50,552 nt of DNA from Escherichia phage ADB-2: sequence record NC_019725.1; one strand, given 5' to 3'. A program made the position numbers and the translations under genes. The notes under the pieces are model-generated. The model saw nothing but the letters and a program-made list of their open reading frames with translations, had not been told where the DNA came from and made no database searches. This document shows positions 16,832 to 27,380 of this stretch, piece by piece. Every line of letters begins with the position of its first letter. The stretch's first letter is position 1.

Positions 16832-17582
16832 TGGCGTTGCAACACAGTGGCGCTATCCTGAAATGAGCGAGCGCGCAATGTCGCGCTCCCTACAGGATGT
16901 TGCAGCCAAACTAACTGAGAAAATGCGTGACGAATTAAAGCCGATGAAATTTGACGCTACTGACGAAGAGATAGATCAGACAGAAAGGTCATTGCTTGAT
17001 TACGTCGAATCACTCATCGCGCCGATTATCGGTTCTCTATCATCCGTTGCGCTAACGATCTATAAATTCAACTCTAAGCAGTGGCTGCGTATCGCTCGCA
17101 ATGCTGGAGGCAAGAAGAATCAAGCCGTAATGCTACTTGCCCTGATTGGTCCTACCGCTGCCGAAAGCTGGTACTCAGTACAATATAATCTGTGGCGATC
17201 GCAGGTGACTACTTCTATCAGGAAATTTGCTGCCAACATGGTTACTGATTTCACTGATAAACTTCGTGCTGCATCCGGTCAGGGTAAAAGCAAGGATTTT
17301 GTTGTTGAAATTGCTAAGGAGCGATTTGGTATTTACCGTAGCTGGGCCAAAAATAGAGCTTCGGGAATTGTCGGAACCTGGAACAGCAGACTGATGCGGC
17401 AGCGCATAAAAGACGCTGGTGTATCTTACTATTTCTGGCGCGGGGTGATGGATTTACGCGAACGTGAAAAACATGTAAGATGGGAAGGTAAGCGCATAGC
17501 GGTAGATTCAGATCACGTATTCCCGGGTGAAGAATACAACTGCCGCTGTTGGGCTGTTCCAGACTTTTCTACAGGAGATTAA
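16821..17582 (+). CDS. head morphogenesis protein (SPP1 gp7 / Mu F-like)
   Basis: 253 aa following portal; C-terminal CRCW motif typical of this family. Confidence 0.6.
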   Translation: MKINGVATQWRYPEMSERAMSRSLQDVAAKLTEKMRDELKPMKFDATDEEIDQTERSLLDYVESLIAPIIGSLSSVALTIYKFNSKQWLRIARNAGGKKNQAVMLLALIGPTAAESWYSVQYNLWRSQVTTSIRKFAANMVTDFTDKLRAASGQGKSKDFVVEIAKERFGIYRSWAKNRASGIVGTWNSRLMRQRIKDAGVSYYFWRGVMDLREREKHVRWEGKRIAVDSDHVFPGEEYNCRCWAVPDFSTGD

Positions 17583-17584
17583 AA

Positions 17585-18697
17585 ATGAAGGCAAAGCAAA
17601 GATTCGATTCAGTAAAAATCAAGGCTCACTTTGATGATAACGGTTTTTTAGTTGACCGCCCAATCGTGGCGCGAATCGGCGCTCAGGTTTACAAAACGCC
17701 GCACGGCGATCGAGTTGAGTTCCGTCCGGCGTCCGAAGTTTTCAAGCAAGATTCCTTGCAAAGTTTTGCAGGCAAGCCGATCACAGTCGGTCACGTAACG
17801 GTGACACCCCAAAATGCTAAGGACGTTGTTGTTGGATCGTGTGCTGGCGCTGGTATTGCTTCAGGGGTTGGCGTTGAAGTTCCTTTGAGTATTTACAGCG
17901 ACTACGCGATCAGCAAAGCTAAAGCGAAGGAGGCCGGGGAATTATCTGTAGGGTATACGTCGGTAGATATTGATAAGCCCGGCTGGGGTTCAAATGAGAC
18001 TGGAGAATATATCTTCGAAGAGGATATGAAACAGGACGAAGCGCCGCCTGAAGGTTGGGTGAAATTCGACGCGGTACAAACTAATATCAAGGTCAACCAT
18101 ATTGCCCTAGTTTTTAAAGGTCGTGCGGGAATTGCTAAATTAAATCTTGATGCCGAGCAGGAGTTCCCGTATGATAATAACGTTCAATTAACTAACGAGG
18201 ACAAGCAAATGAAAAAAATTAAGATCGACTCAGTTGATGTGGAAGTAACCGAAGACGTTGCGAACCATATAGAAAAATTAACCGCGCAGATTGCCACCAT
18301 TCAGGGGAAGGCTGATGGCTTCGAAGCTGAGCGAGATGCGCTGAAGGTTAAGGTTGACTCTCTGCCGGAACTTGTGAAGGCCGAGGTAGAGAAGCAAAAA
18401 GCCGATGCCGCCGCACGCGCAGAAGTTACCGCAGTAGCAGAAACCGCAGGCGTCAAACATGATGGTCTTGATATCAAAGACGTCAAGATTGCCGTAGTTA
18501 AAGCCATGCTTGATAAAGATGTTAGTGAAAAATCAGACGCATATATCGACGCTATGTTTGATGTTGCTAAAGATTCTGATATCATGGCTATTCAGCGTAA
18601 AGCAGTAAAAGGCGACTCTATCGAAGGCGGTAAGCCGGAAGAGAAAAACGACGCCGCGCCTGTTACGCCAAATTCACGTTTAAGCAAAGTAATGTAA
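17585..18697 (+). CDS. scaffold protein (possibly with N-terminal prohead protease-like domain)
   Basis: 370 aa; C-terminal half is charged and predicted coiled-coil (KAEVEKQKADAAARAEV...); lies between morphogenesis and capsid genes. Confidence 0.55.
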   Translation: MKAKQRFDSVKIKAHFDDNGFLVDRPIVARIGAQVYKTPHGDRVEFRPASEVFKQDSLQSFAGKPITVGHVTVTPQNAKDVVVGSCAGAGIASGVGVEVPLSIYSDYAISKAKAKEAGELSVGYTSVDIDKPGWGSNETGEYIFEEDMKQDEAPPEGWVKFDAVQTNIKVNHIALVFKGRAGIAKLNLDAEQEFPYDNNVQLTNEDKQMKKIKIDSVDVEVTEDVANHIEKLTAQIATIQGKADGFEAERDALKVKVDSLPELVKAEVEKQKADAAARAEVTAVAETAGVKHDGLDIKDVKIAVVKAMLDKDVSEKSDAYIDAMFDVAKDSDIMAIQRKAVKGDSIEGGKPEEKNDAAPVTPNSRLSKVM

Positions 18698-18708
18698 GGG
18701 GGAATATC

Positions 18709-19185
18709 ATGGCACAAATTAATGCATCTTATCAGCGAGATATGGCGATTGCGCTTCCGGGTATGGTTGCGGATACTTCAAAGTACAATATTGACGGCGC
18801 TTGTGTCGTTAATGAAGGTGATGTTCTTGTTGGCGCTGCCGTACAGGTCGTTCAAGCTCAGGCGGTTGATGGTCATAAGTTGGTTAAGGCTCTTACTACC
18901 GGAACCACTCCTTACGGCGTGGCAATCCGATCTCACTGGCAGACTGTTAACGCTCAAAATCAGATGATTTACGAAGATGGCGGCGCTATCAACGTGATGA
19001 CTTCAGGCCGAGTATGGATGCTTTCCAAATCCACCGAAGCACCAACTTTCGGCTCTGCCGTTAAACTTGATGTTGATGGTCAGGAAAAATCTGATGGCAC
19101 GATTGAAACAACCTGGACCTACGCTGGCGGTTGGACTAAATACAAAGATATTCAGCTTGTTGAGGTTCAGTTGCATCAACTGTAA
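18709..19185 (+). CDS. capsid-associated protein (decoration/cement-like), paralog A
   Basis: 158 aa; shares DTSxYNIDGACV...GAAVQVV...TPYG...EAP...GGWTKxxDxxLVEVQ pattern with next gene. Confidence 0.45.
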   Translation: MAQINASYQRDMAIALPGMVADTSKYNIDGACVVNEGDVLVGAAVQVVQAQAVDGHKLVKALTTGTTPYGVAIRSHWQTVNAQNQMIYEDGGAINVMTSGRVWMLSKSTEAPTFGSAVKLDVDGQEKSDGTIETTWTYAGGWTKYKDIQLVEVQLHQL

Positions 19186-19201
19186 TTAGCGTTTAATATG
19201 G

Positions 19202-19232
19202 GGACTATCCTTTTTTGGATAGTCCTTTTTTT
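19202..19232 (+). terminator. rho-independent terminator
   Basis: GGACTATCC-TTTTTT-GGATAGTCC hairpin + T-run. Confidence 0.8.
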
Positions 19233-19246
19233 ATGGAGAAATCATT

Positions 19247-20014
19247 ATGGCTTACGAAAATTTAATGTTGCGCCCGGCGTGTCCGGGAAATCTTTCTGAT
19301 ACTTCAACCTACAATATTGATGGCGCTTGCGTGGCTCAAGGTGACATTGAGTTCGGCGCGGCGGTTCAGGTTGTCGGCATCGTTGATGGTGTAAAAGTCG
19401 TCAAAGTACTTTCTGATGGCGGGACTCCTTACGGTATCGCTTTCCGTTCTCAATATGAACACCTGAGCGGTAAAATTCTCGACGGCGAAGTTTGCAACGT
19501 CGTTTCTCACGGTCGCATGTGGGCGCTTACTTCTCTTGATGAGGCTCCCGGCTTGTTCTCAAAGTTGCAGTTTGGATCTGGTGGAGTTGTTACTGGTGGG
19601 TCTGGTTCCGCAGGATGGACCTTTGCTGGCGGCTTTGTTAAGCATGAAGATGGCTACATTATTGAGGTTCAGGTGAAACAAAATGCTTTCATTGTTCCAC
19701 CGCCGCCGCCCCCTGTCGTTCTTGTTGAATCCGCTACAATCACCACTGACAAGGAAAGCCCTCAGCCAAACAACGTTACGATCCAGTGTGTAGCTAATGT
19801 TATTCCAGCTAATGCAACTGATAAGACTGGCAAGTGGTCAATAGACGCTACCAATATCGCTACTATCGATCCTGACTCAGGTCTTGTAACTCCTGCTGGT
19901 GGAGAATCGGTCGGTGATTTCAATATCACATGGACGGCTAACGATGCCAGCAAGACGACGGCAACCATTGCTTATCGCGTAGAAGCAGTGCCAGAGCCAG
20001 AGGTTGATGCATAA
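19247..20014 (+). CDS. capsid-associated protein paralog B with C-terminal Ig-like (Big_2-type) domain
   Basis: 255 aa; N-terminal 150 aa paralogous to 18709..19185; PPPPPP linker; C-terminal NVTIQCVANVIPANATDKTGKWSIDATNIATIDPDSGLVTPAGGESVGDFNITWT matches bacterial Ig-like pattern. Confidence 0.55.
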   Translation: MAYENLMLRPACPGNLSDTSTYNIDGACVAQGDIEFGAAVQVVGIVDGVKVVKVLSDGGTPYGIAFRSQYEHLSGKILDGEVCNVVSHGRMWALTSLDEAPGLFSKLQFGSGGVVTGGSGSAGWTFAGGFVKHEDGYIIEVQVKQNAFIVPPPPPPVVLVESATITTDKESPQPNNVTIQCVANVIPANATDKTGKWSIDATNIATIDPDSGLVTPAGGESVGDFNITWTANDASKTTATIAYRVEAVPEPEVDA

Positions 20015-20042
20015 CATAAAAACACTTTGACGCTTTAACAAA

Positions 20043-20063
20043 AAGTGCTATTATTGAAGCCGT
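20043..20063 (-). promoter_or_regulatory. conserved intergenic element (copy 15, antisense to late genes)
   Basis: rc = TAATAGCACTTTTTGTTAAAG; located between plus-strand late genes. Confidence 0.5.
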
Positions 20064-20067
20064 GAAC

Positions 20068-20096
20068 ATAATCACGGCTTTTTTATTAACTACGGA
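20068..20096 (+). terminator. rho-independent terminator
   Basis: AGCCGTGA-loop-TCACGGCT + TTTTTT. Confidence 0.8.
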
Positions 20097-20105
20097 GAAG
20101 TAATC

Positions 20106-21065
20106 ATGACTACTAAAAAATTTGATGAAGCAGATAAAAGCAATGTTGAAATGTATCTGATCCAGGCTGGCGTAAAACAGGATGCAGCCGCAACGATGGG
20201 TATCTGGACCGCTCAGGAACTACACCGCATTAAAAGCCAGTCCTATGAAGAAGACTACCCGGTCGGCTCCGCTCTACGCGTATTCCCGGTTACAACCGAT
20301 CTTTCTCCGACTGATAAGACGTTTGAATACATGACCTTTGACAAGGTTGGTACGGCTCAGATTATCGCAGACTACACCGACGATCTTCCGCTGGTTGACG
20401 CCCTGGGTACTTCTGAGTTTGGCAAGGTGTTCCGTCTGGGTAACGCGTATCTGATCTCAATTGACGAAATCAAAGCAGGTCAGGCAACTGGTCGCCCACT
20501 ATCAACCCGTAAGGCAAGTGCGTGCCAGTTGGCTCATGATCAGCTTGTTAACCGCCTGGTGTTCAAAGGTTCCGCGCCGCACAAGATTGTGTCCGTGTTC
20601 AATCATCCGAACATCACCAAAATTACCTCCGGTAAGTGGATGGATGGCGCAACTCAGAAACCGGAAACGGCTGAAGCGGAATTGACTCAGGCGATCGAAA
20701 CCATTGAGACGATTACTCGAGGCCAGCACCGAGCTACCAACATTCTGATCCCGCCGTCCATGCGTAAGGTGCTGGCGATTCGTATGCCTGAGACTACCAT
20801 GTCTTATCTGGACTATTTCAAGTCTCAGAACTCAGGTATCGAAATCGACTCTATCGCAGAGCTTGAGGATATTGACGGCGCAGGCACCAAAGGCGTACTG
20901 GTGTACGAAAAGAATCCGATGAACATGTCCATCGAGATCCCTGAAGCATTTAACATGCTGCCAGCACAGCCGAAAGACTTGCACTTCAAAGTGCCTTGCA
21001 CCTCTAAGTGTACTGGTCTTACAATTTATCGCCCGATGACTATTGTCTTAATTACTGGCGTGTAA
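20106..21065 (+). CDS. major capsid protein
   Basis: 319 aa; position after scaffold/decoration genes; flanked by strong terminators suggesting high expression. Confidence 0.65.
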   Translation: MTTKKFDEADKSNVEMYLIQAGVKQDAAATMGIWTAQELHRIKSQSYEEDYPVGSALRVFPVTTDLSPTDKTFEYMTFDKVGTAQIIADYTDDLPLVDALGTSEFGKVFRLGNAYLISIDEIKAGQATGRPLSTRKASACQLAHDQLVNRLVFKGSAPHKIVSVFNHPNITKITSGKWMDGATQKPETAEAELTQAIETIETITRGQHRATNILIPPSMRKVLAIRMPETTMSYLDYFKSQNSGIEIDSIAELEDIDGAGTKGVLVYEKNPMNMSIEIPEAFNMLPAQPKDLHFKVPCTSKCTGLTIYRPMTIVLITGV

Positions 21066-21071
21066 TATTAT

Positions 21072-21099
21072 AGGGGCTAACTTAGTTAGTCCCTTTTTT
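21072..21099 (+). terminator. rho-independent terminator
   Basis: GGGGCTAAC-TTA-GTTAGTCCC hairpin + TTTTTT. Confidence 0.7.
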
Positions 21100-21114
21100 A
21101 TTGGAGAAATCAAA

Positions 21115-21402
21115 ATGGCTAAAGAAAAAACTGTTGTTATCGTAAACGTTGGTGTAGCTCTTCAGATGTTCCGTCTTGAAGATGGCTCCTTTGCTAAAGT
21201 TCTTCCAGATGAAGAGGTCACGCTTCCGGCGTCCGTTCTTGATTTGCCTGGCCTGCGTTGCTTAATTGCTCGCGAAGAAATCGAAGTTAAAGACGACAGT
21301 GCAACCAACCGCAAAATCCGTGCTGAAATGGCAAAGATCACGAAGCCAGATCCGTGGGATAGCAAAAGCGTTAAAGAGCTTGAGGACGGCGGCGAATATT
21401 AA
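21115..21402 (+). CDS. hypothetical structural-region protein
   Basis: 95-aa ORF between two terminators; GGAGAAA RBS. Confidence 0.5.
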   Translation: MAKEKTVVIVNVGVALQMFRLEDGSFAKVLPDEEVTLPASVLDLPGLRCLIAREEIEVKDDSATNRKIRAEMAKITKPDPWDSKSVKELEDGGEY

Positions 21403-21408
21403 TCATCA

Positions 21409-21433
21409 AGGCGCTCATGTAGCGCCTTTTTTA
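21409..21433 (+). terminator. rho-independent terminator
   Basis: AGGCGCT-CATGT-AGCGCCT + TTTTTT. Confidence 0.8.
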
Positions 21434-21445
21434 TGGGGGTAATTT

Positions 21446-21856
21446 ATGAATCAAGAAACTTTAATTGCAGTTGTTGAGCAAATGCGAAAGCTGGTTCCGG
21501 CACTTCGTAAGGTTCCAGATGAAACGCTTTATGCGTGGGTAGAAATGGCTGAGCTTTTTGTATGCCAGAAGACCTTTAAAGACGCATACGTCAAAGCGCT
21601 CGCTCTTTATGCATTGCACCTTGCTTTCCTTGACGGGGCGCTAAAAGGTGAAGATGAGGATCTGGAATCGTACTCACGACGAGTTACGTCATTCTCCCTG
21701 AGCGGTGAATTTAGCCAGACTTTCGGAGAGGTTACAAAGAACCAGTCAGGGAACATGATGCTTTCGACGCCGTGGGGTAAGATGTTCGAACAGCTTAAAG
21801 CGCGACGCCGTGGTCGATTCGCATTAATGACAGGACTCCGTGGAGGATGCCACTAA
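21446..21856 (+). CDS. head-tail connector/adaptor-like protein
   Basis: 136 aa; position between capsid and tail genes. Confidence 0.4.
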   Translation: MNQETLIAVVEQMRKLVPALRKVPDETLYAWVEMAELFVCQKTFKDAYVKALALYALHLAFLDGALKGEDEDLESYSRRVTSFSLSGEFSQTFGEVTKNQSGNMMLSTPWGKMFEQLKARRRGRFALMTGLRGGCH

Positions 21857-22662
21857 TGAACTACTCACAGATTGAAAGTATGGCTCGTAAAGGTGTGGCT
21901 TTCTTCACCGATCCGTCAAGACCTATGAACCTGATAAAGCAAGGTGAATACGGATATGATGAAAACGGATTCGAGATCCCACCGATGGAACAGGTTATTC
22001 CAATATCCGGCGCGACGCGAAGACCGAACGCGCGTGAGATTGACGGGGAAACCATACGCGCCTCAGATATTTTGGGGATCTTCAATAATGATCATGAAAT
22101 AAACGAAGGTGACTATATAGAGATTGATGGCATTCGTCATGTTGTCGTTGATGCTCGCCCGGTTCAGGCGTCACTGGAACCAGTTGCTATCGTCCAGTAT
22201 TGCGGAGGGTATCAGTCGGTGGCTAATTATCAGATTCGTAGATTTCAAGGCGAGATTGATGCGTGGATTAAGGCCGCTGAAAGCACGTTAGAACATGCCA
22301 TTGAAATATTCGTAAGGGATGTTCACGACGCTCTTGTTAGCCGCTCCCCTGTTGATACAGGTCGATTCAAGGGTAACTGGCAGATAACTTTTAACGAAAT
22401 CCCTAACCACGCATTAAACCGATACGATAAAACTGGCGGTGTCGTCAGAGGTGAGGAGCAGGCCAAAACTTATGGCATGTTCAGCCGTGGAGGTGCGATA
22501 ACATCAGTTCACTTTTCAAACATGTTGATTTATGCAAACGCTCTTGAGTACGGTCATTCACAGCAAGCGCCGAGCGGCGTTGTCGGTCTTGTGGCGTTAA
22601 GGCTGAGATCATATATGGCTGACGCAATCAAGCAGGCAAGGAGACAGCAAAATGCACTATGA
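21847..22662 (+). CDS. neck protein (head closure + HK97 gp10-like tail-completion domains)
   Basis: 271 aa; C-terminal TGRFKGNWQ motif typical of HK97 gp10-like proteins. Confidence 0.45.
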   Translation: MPLMNYSQIESMARKGVAFFTDPSRPMNLIKQGEYGYDENGFEIPPMEQVIPISGATRRPNAREIDGETIRASDILGIFNNDHEINEGDYIEIDGIRHVVVDARPVQASLEPVAIVQYCGGYQSVANYQIRRFQGEIDAWIKAAESTLEHAIEIFVRDVHDALVSRSPVDTGRFKGNWQITFNEIPNHALNRYDKTGGVVRGEEQAKTYGMFSRGGAITSVHFSNMLIYANALEYGHSQQAPSGVVGLVALRLRSYMADAIKQARRQQNAL

Positions 22663-23050
22663 GTTATCAGCGGCGGCGCGAGCCGCTTTTCTATCAAAGT
22701 ACAGAGACTTTCCTCACTACATGGAAAACAGAAATTTCACACCGCCGAAGGATGGCGGGATGTGGCTGAGGTTCAACTACATTGAAGGGGATACGCTTTA
22801 TCTATCCATTGACAGAAAGTGTAAATCTTACATCGCAATCGTTCAGATCGGCGTAGTGTTCCCTCCAGGCTCCGGCGTTGACGAAGCAAGATTGAAAGCA
22901 AAAGAGATTGCTGATTTTTTCAAAGATGGTAAAATGCTTAACGTTGGTTATATTTTCGAGGGTGCAATCGTGCATCAAATTGTTAAACATGAAAGCGGGT
23001 GGATGATTCCGGTTCGCTTTACAGTACGAGTAGACACAAAGGAGACTTAA
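22652..23050 (+). CDS. hypothetical tail-region protein (tail terminator/completion candidate)
   Basis: 132-aa ORF immediately upstream of major tail protein. Confidence 0.35.
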   Translation: MHYELSAAARAAFLSKYRDFPHYMENRNFTPPKDGGMWLRFNYIEGDTLYLSIDRKCKSYIAIVQIGVVFPPGSGVDEARLKAKEIADFFKDGKMLNVGYIFEGAIVHQIVKHESGWMIPVRFTVRVDTKET

Positions 23051-23052
23051 TT

Positions 23053-23720
23053 ATGCACTTACCAAATGGCGCACAAATTTTCGTGGAAACCTCTCGAGGG
23101 GTAGAGGTTGAGGCAACCGCTGTCACTAACGCAGAAAATCCTGTTGCTACAGTTGCATCTAAGGGTGACTTGGCAAAAGGTGATTACGTTATTGTAACTC
23201 AGTCAACTTGGGCAAAGATGGTTAGTCGAGTGCTAATTGTTACTGACGCTCAGGAAACAAGTATCACTCTTGCTGGAATTGACACCTCTGATACTCTTGT
23301 TTTCCCGACTGGCGGCACAATGAGCTTCGCAAAAATTACTGGATGGACTGAGATCCCTTGCGTACAGGAGATTGGTCAGGACGGCGGTGAGCAGCAGTAT
23401 TACACTTATCAGTGTTTGTCCGACGATAAAGAGCAGCAGATCCCAACGTTTAAATCTGCGATCTCGCTAACGTACACTTTCGCGCACGAATTTGATAACC
23501 CGATCTACCCTATTCTGCGTAAGCTGGATTCTTCTGGTCAGGTAACTGCGGTTCGGATGTATGTTCCAAAAGCGAACGAGATGCGCATGTGGCTGGTATC
23601 TTGTCTTTTAACGACATTCCATCTACGCAAGTAAACGAAATGGAAACGGTACAACTCGCCGTATCCCTGAAGGGTGATTTCACTTTCGTTTCATCCGCTC
23701 TGGCATCACCTGGTGCCTAA
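23053..23720 (+). CDS. major tail protein (frame disrupted near 23585)
   Basis: Starts at ATG 23053; the -1 frame continues as ...AHVAGILSFNDIPSTQVNEMETVQLAVSLKGDFTFVSSALASPGA to a stop at 23718-23720, followed by GC hairpin. Confidence 0.6.
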
Positions 23721-23733
23721 ATCATATCCACAG

Positions 23734-23760
23734 GGGGCTTGCGCCCCCTTATTCATTTCT
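23734..23760 (+). terminator. terminator-like GC hairpin
   Basis: GGGGGC-TTGC-GCCCCC followed by T-rich TTATTCATTTCT. Confidence 0.5.
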
Positions 23761-23792
23761 GTAAAATCATCGTATCAACTTTATTCGATTAA

Positions 23793-23813
23793 CTTTTAAC
23801 AAAAAATGCTATC
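23793..23813 (-). promoter_or_regulatory. conserved intergenic element (copy 16, antisense orientation)
   Basis: rc = GATAGCATTTTTTGTTAAAAG; lies just upstream of plus-strand chaperone gene but in opposite orientation. Confidence 0.5.
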
Positions 23814-23833
23814 AACCAATCAGGAGAAACATC

Positions 23834-24151
23834 ATGGCTAAATTCAATTTCGTGTTGGGCCAGCTTCCAGACTTCAAACTTCCGGTGACGTTCACCATGC
23901 CAAACGGCGAGGATGCAACTATTATTTTTACAGTGCGCCACCTTTCCAGTAAAGAAGTGCAAGATATGTATGCGAAGCAGGGCGAAATGAATGATAGCGA
24001 TTTCATCACTAAGATCGCGTCAGGCTGGAATCTGGAAGAAGAATTTAACGAAGAGAATACGCGTAAACTGGTACAGTATTATCCTTCCGCAGCGTACAAC
24101 CTGACGGCAACTTACATCAAGGCGCTTGCCGGACACCGCGCAAAAAACTAA
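23834..24151 (+). CDS. tail assembly chaperone (lambda G-like)
   Basis: 105 aa between major tail protein and tape measure; ends with slippery A_AAA_AAC. Confidence 0.7.
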   Translation: MAKFNFVLGQLPDFKLPVTFTMPNGEDATIIFTVRHLSSKEVQDMYAKQGEMNDSDFITKIASGWNLEEEFNEENTRKLVQYYPSAAYNLTATYIKALAGHRAKN

Positions 24152-24468
24152 AAAGGGCGGTTTATCTGTTATATCAGAAACCGCCGACAGAAGAGCAATT
24201 ACGATCGGTTGGCCTCAGTCTTTCTGACTATGAAGACGAGGAGCCGGAAACGATAATCGGCGATACTGAAATGGTGAAGGCGTGGAATGTTTTTACGTCA
24301 ATGCTCACTCAGTGGAGAAGTTCAGGCGCTGGAGCTTATGGTCTTGACTATAATGTTTTGCCTATGTTGTTCAAAATCTATAAAATAGAAGATGAAGAAC
24401 TGGCATTGCAGGACGTTAGAATCATGGAAGCGAAAGCGCTTGAAATGATTGCTAAGCAAAACAACTAA
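23834..24468 (+). CDS. tail assembly chaperone frameshift product (GT-like), via -1 shift at 24142-24148
   Basis: -1 frame is open from the slippery heptamer through 24468 (ORF 24271..24468 is its 3' part). Confidence 0.65.
24142..24148 (+). other. programmed -1 ribosomal frameshift slippery heptamer A_AAA_AAC
   Basis: X_XXY_YYZ heptamer in 0 frame (GCA AAA AAC TAA) at the 3' end of the chaperone gene. Confidence 0.7.
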
Positions 24469-24490
24469 GCCGCCGTTTGGCGGTTTTTTC
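24469..24490 (+). terminator. rho-independent terminator
   Basis: CCGCC-GTTT-GGCGG + TTTTTT. Confidence 0.7.
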
Positions 24491-24506
24491 GTATATAGGG
24501 GGTTAT

Positions 24507-27380
24507 ATGGTTGATAAGGTAGCAGGTCTGTCGCTTGACGTTGATGTGTCAACAGTGCAGCGCGCCGTCAAGTCACTGAAAGAGTTTTCAAAGGCCAACG
24601 ACCAGGCTGCTGATTCTATGGGTTCTTTAATCAATGAGTCAGAGGTTGCAAAACAGAAGGCCAAAGAACACGCTGAACAACTCAAGCGCCAGAGAAAAGA
24701 GTATGAGGCCGTGGAGAAGGCAATCGATCCTACAGTATCAAAAATGGAAAGGTTGAAGATTGCGTCTCAGCAGCTTGATAAACTCTGGCAGCAGGGAGTC
24801 GTTCCAGATGAGACATTTTTCCGTTTGGGTGAAATGCTGGATCTGCAAAACGCAAAACTTGCTCGTAGCCGGGCTATGCTTACGGAAGAAGGTCAGGCGG
24901 CATTGCAGGAAGCGAAAGCAAAAGAGCAGGCGGCAGCACGAAGCAAGGCGTTCATGGATGCCCTGAATGGTCAAGTTAACGCGATCGGCAAGACTCATGC
25001 TGAATTGATGGAACTGAAAGCGGCTGAGCTTGGTTTATCGAAAGAAGCAGCACCACTAATCGCAAAACTTAAAGATCAAGGCCGGGCTATGAATGCAGCA
25101 GGTATTAGCGCCGGGGAATACAGGCAAGCAATGCGAATGCTTCCTGCACAGATTACCGACGTCGTTACATCTCTTGCGTCCGGCATGCCAGTTTGGATGG
25201 TTGCCATCCAGCAAGGCGGTCAAATCAAGGACTCGTTCGGCGGGATTGGTAATACGTTTAAAGTGTTGCTGAGTTATATTAATCCAGTCACAGCAGGTAT
25301 TGGCGTTCTTGTTGGTTCTTTAGGTCTTCTGGCGAAAGCTGGTTATGACTCTTACAAGTCAATAACTGATATTCAGAATGCGCTTATTGAGACTGGCGGT
25401 TATGCGGGTGTTACGGCTGAAGAGCTTGATTCAGTGTCTAAAAAGATCGCGCAGACAAGCAACTCAACCATTGGGAGTATTCGCGAGATTGTAACGGAGT
25501 TGGCAAGTTCTGGTAAGTACACCCGAGAGCAGATCCAGAACATCACTAAGGCTACCGCAGAGTGGTCAGCGTCAACAGGAAAATCAGCAAGTCAAATTAT
25601 TGCTGAGTTCGACAAAATCGCAAGTGATCCGGTAAAAGGTCTGAAGAAGTTAAACGAGCAATATAATTTCCTTGAAAAAGGGCAGCTTACCTATATCGAT
25701 ACATTAAGCCGGACGAAAGGAGAAACTGAGGCTGTATCAGAGGCTACCAAACTATTCGCAGACGTAATGGAAAAGCGAATGAAGTCGATCGCGGATAACG
25801 CTACTCCTCTGGAAAAGATGTGGAGCGATATTAAACAATGGGCTTCGGACGCGTGGGGATGGGTTGGTGATCATACGCTTGGTGCGCTAAACCTGATTAT
25901 CGACGTTGTTCAGGGTACAGTGATTCAGGTTAAAATGATTCTTGCGAAGGGTGATGAGTACATCTCAAATTTTATCGCCTCAGCCATAAAGGCAACTCAG
26001 TCACTGCCTGGAATGAGTGATTTCGGCGCTGATGTGCTGAAGGAGCAGGAGAACATTGTAAAAAGTTCTCGCGACAACTACGATCAGTTAGCTTCAGAGC
26101 TTGACGCTATTAACGCTCGCGTAGAAAAAGGCGAGATGGGATACGTTGAAGCGATGAAGCAGCGTCGCACTCTTGAAAAGCAGTACAGCGAGGAAACTAA
26201 GGAAGCAATAAGGAAAGAAGCAGAAGAGATCGAGAAGCGAAACCGAGAACGAAATAAGCAGTCGAAAATTGTGCGCTCACCGACAGAGCAATTCGACAAG
26301 GAGTTAATTTCACTCAAGGCTCAACTTAAGGTATTGCAGGAGCACAAGGAGATCGGTCAAAAACTTTCCGCGCAGAGAAAAGCGCTGTTTACGACCGAGG
26401 CGACGATTGCTGTTCTTCGTGAAGCCAGTTCCAAGCGTCAGTTGTCTGCGGAAGAAAAAGCATTGTTGGCAAGTCAGGAGAAGGTTGTAGAACTTGCTAA
26501 ACAGAAGGCTGAGATTGGCGATCAGATTGTCAAGCAACAGCAGTTGAACGCACTTACCGACAAATCACTGAAGTTTGTCAATGAGATGACGGCGGCGACG
26601 GAACAGCTTAACGCTTCACGAGGTCTTAGTACTCGCGACATGGAACGACAAGCTGAACTAGCTAAAATCACCACTGATTACATCAACTCCGGCGGCGGTG
26701 AAGGAGACGAAAAACTCCAGAACATGATTAAGGCGCAAAATGATTACTACGCTGCGGAAGATGCCAAGCGAGCTGACTGGTTGGCAGGTGCTGAAAGTGC
26801 TTTTGCTGATTACGGTGATGCAGCAATGGATATGTACGGCAATGTTAACGAGATCGCGTCAAGTGCCCTTAACGGAATGTCAGATATGATGGTTCAATTT
26901 CTGACCACAGGAAAAGCGAACTTTGAGGACTTTGCGAAAAATATAATCGGCATGATTATAAAGATGATTGCTCAGATGGTAATCTTCAATACGATCTCAG
27001 GCATGATGGGCGGTAAGACGTGGAGCTTTGCTGGAGGGGCGTCGTCTGGTGCTTCTGCGGCATCACAGGCAACCCCTACGCCTGCCGTCTCTGGTTTTAG
27101 GTCTTTATCTTCAGGCGTCGCTGTTACCTCGCTTGCTGCCGCTGCGGGTAGTGTTGCAACATCTGGATTTAACGCATCTAAATCAGCACCGAAGGCAGTA
27201 AACCAATCAGCAGGCGGGACGGTCGTTGATGTTAGGGGTATGGAGGTTAAGGTTGATAACGGTTCAGATCCGAGAGGAATTTCTCAGGGCGTAGAAATTA
27301 TGTTCAAAAAAATGATTCGCGAGTCTTGTTCGCAGGGCGGTGAGGTTTATAATTACATTCAGGAAAAAACAGGAGGCTAA
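24507..27380 (+). CDS. tail tape measure protein
   Basis: 957 aa, long helical/coiled-coil regions, hydrophobic segment, position after G/GT chaperones. Confidence 0.85.
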   Translation: MVDKVAGLSLDVDVSTVQRAVKSLKEFSKANDQAADSMGSLINESEVAKQKAKEHAEQLKRQRKEYEAVEKAIDPTVSKMERLKIASQQLDKLWQQGVVPDETFFRLGEMLDLQNAKLARSRAMLTEEGQAALQEAKAKEQAAARSKAFMDALNGQVNAIGKTHAELMELKAAELGLSKEAAPLIAKLKDQGRAMNAAGISAGEYRQAMRMLPAQITDVVTSLASGMPVWMVAIQQGGQIKDSFGGIGNTFKVLLSYINPVTAGIGVLVGSLGLLAKAGYDSYKSITDIQNALIETGGYAGVTAEELDSVSKKIAQTSNSTIGSIREIVTELASSGKYTREQIQNITKATAEWSASTGKSASQIIAEFDKIASDPVKGLKKLNEQYNFLEKGQLTYIDTLSRTKGETEAVSEATKLFADVMEKRMKSIADNATPLEKMWSDIKQWASDAWGWVGDHTLGALNLIIDVVQGTVIQVKMILAKGDEYISNFIASAIKATQSLPGMSDFGADVLKEQENIVKSSRDNYDQLASELDAINARVEKGEMGYVEAMKQRRTLEKQYSEETKEAIRKEAEEIEKRNRERNKQSKIVRSPTEQFDKELISLKAQLKVLQEHKEIGQKLSAQRKALFTTEATIAVLREASSKRQLSAEEKALLASQEKVVELAKQKAEIGDQIVKQQQLNALTDKSLKFVNEMTAATEQLNASRGLSTRDMERQAELAKITTDYINSGGGEGDEKLQNMIKAQNDYYAAEDAKRADWLAGAESAFADYGDAAMDMYGNVNEIASSALNGMSDMMVQFLTTGKANFEDFAKNIIGMIIKMIAQMVIFNTISGMMGGKTWSFAGGASSGASAASQATPTPAVSGFRSLSSGVAVTSLAAAAGSVATSGFNASKSAPKAVNQSAGGTVVDVRGMEVKVDNGSDPRGISQGVEIMFKKMIRESCSQGGEVYNYIQEKTGG

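Noticed and set aside
24738-26537. Minus-strand ORFs (24738..24998, 26084..26317, 26310..26537) inside the tape measure gene
   Set aside because: They overlap a long, well-supported plus-strand gene, lack RBSs and have low-complexity Arg/Ser/Leu-rich translations typical of antisense frames
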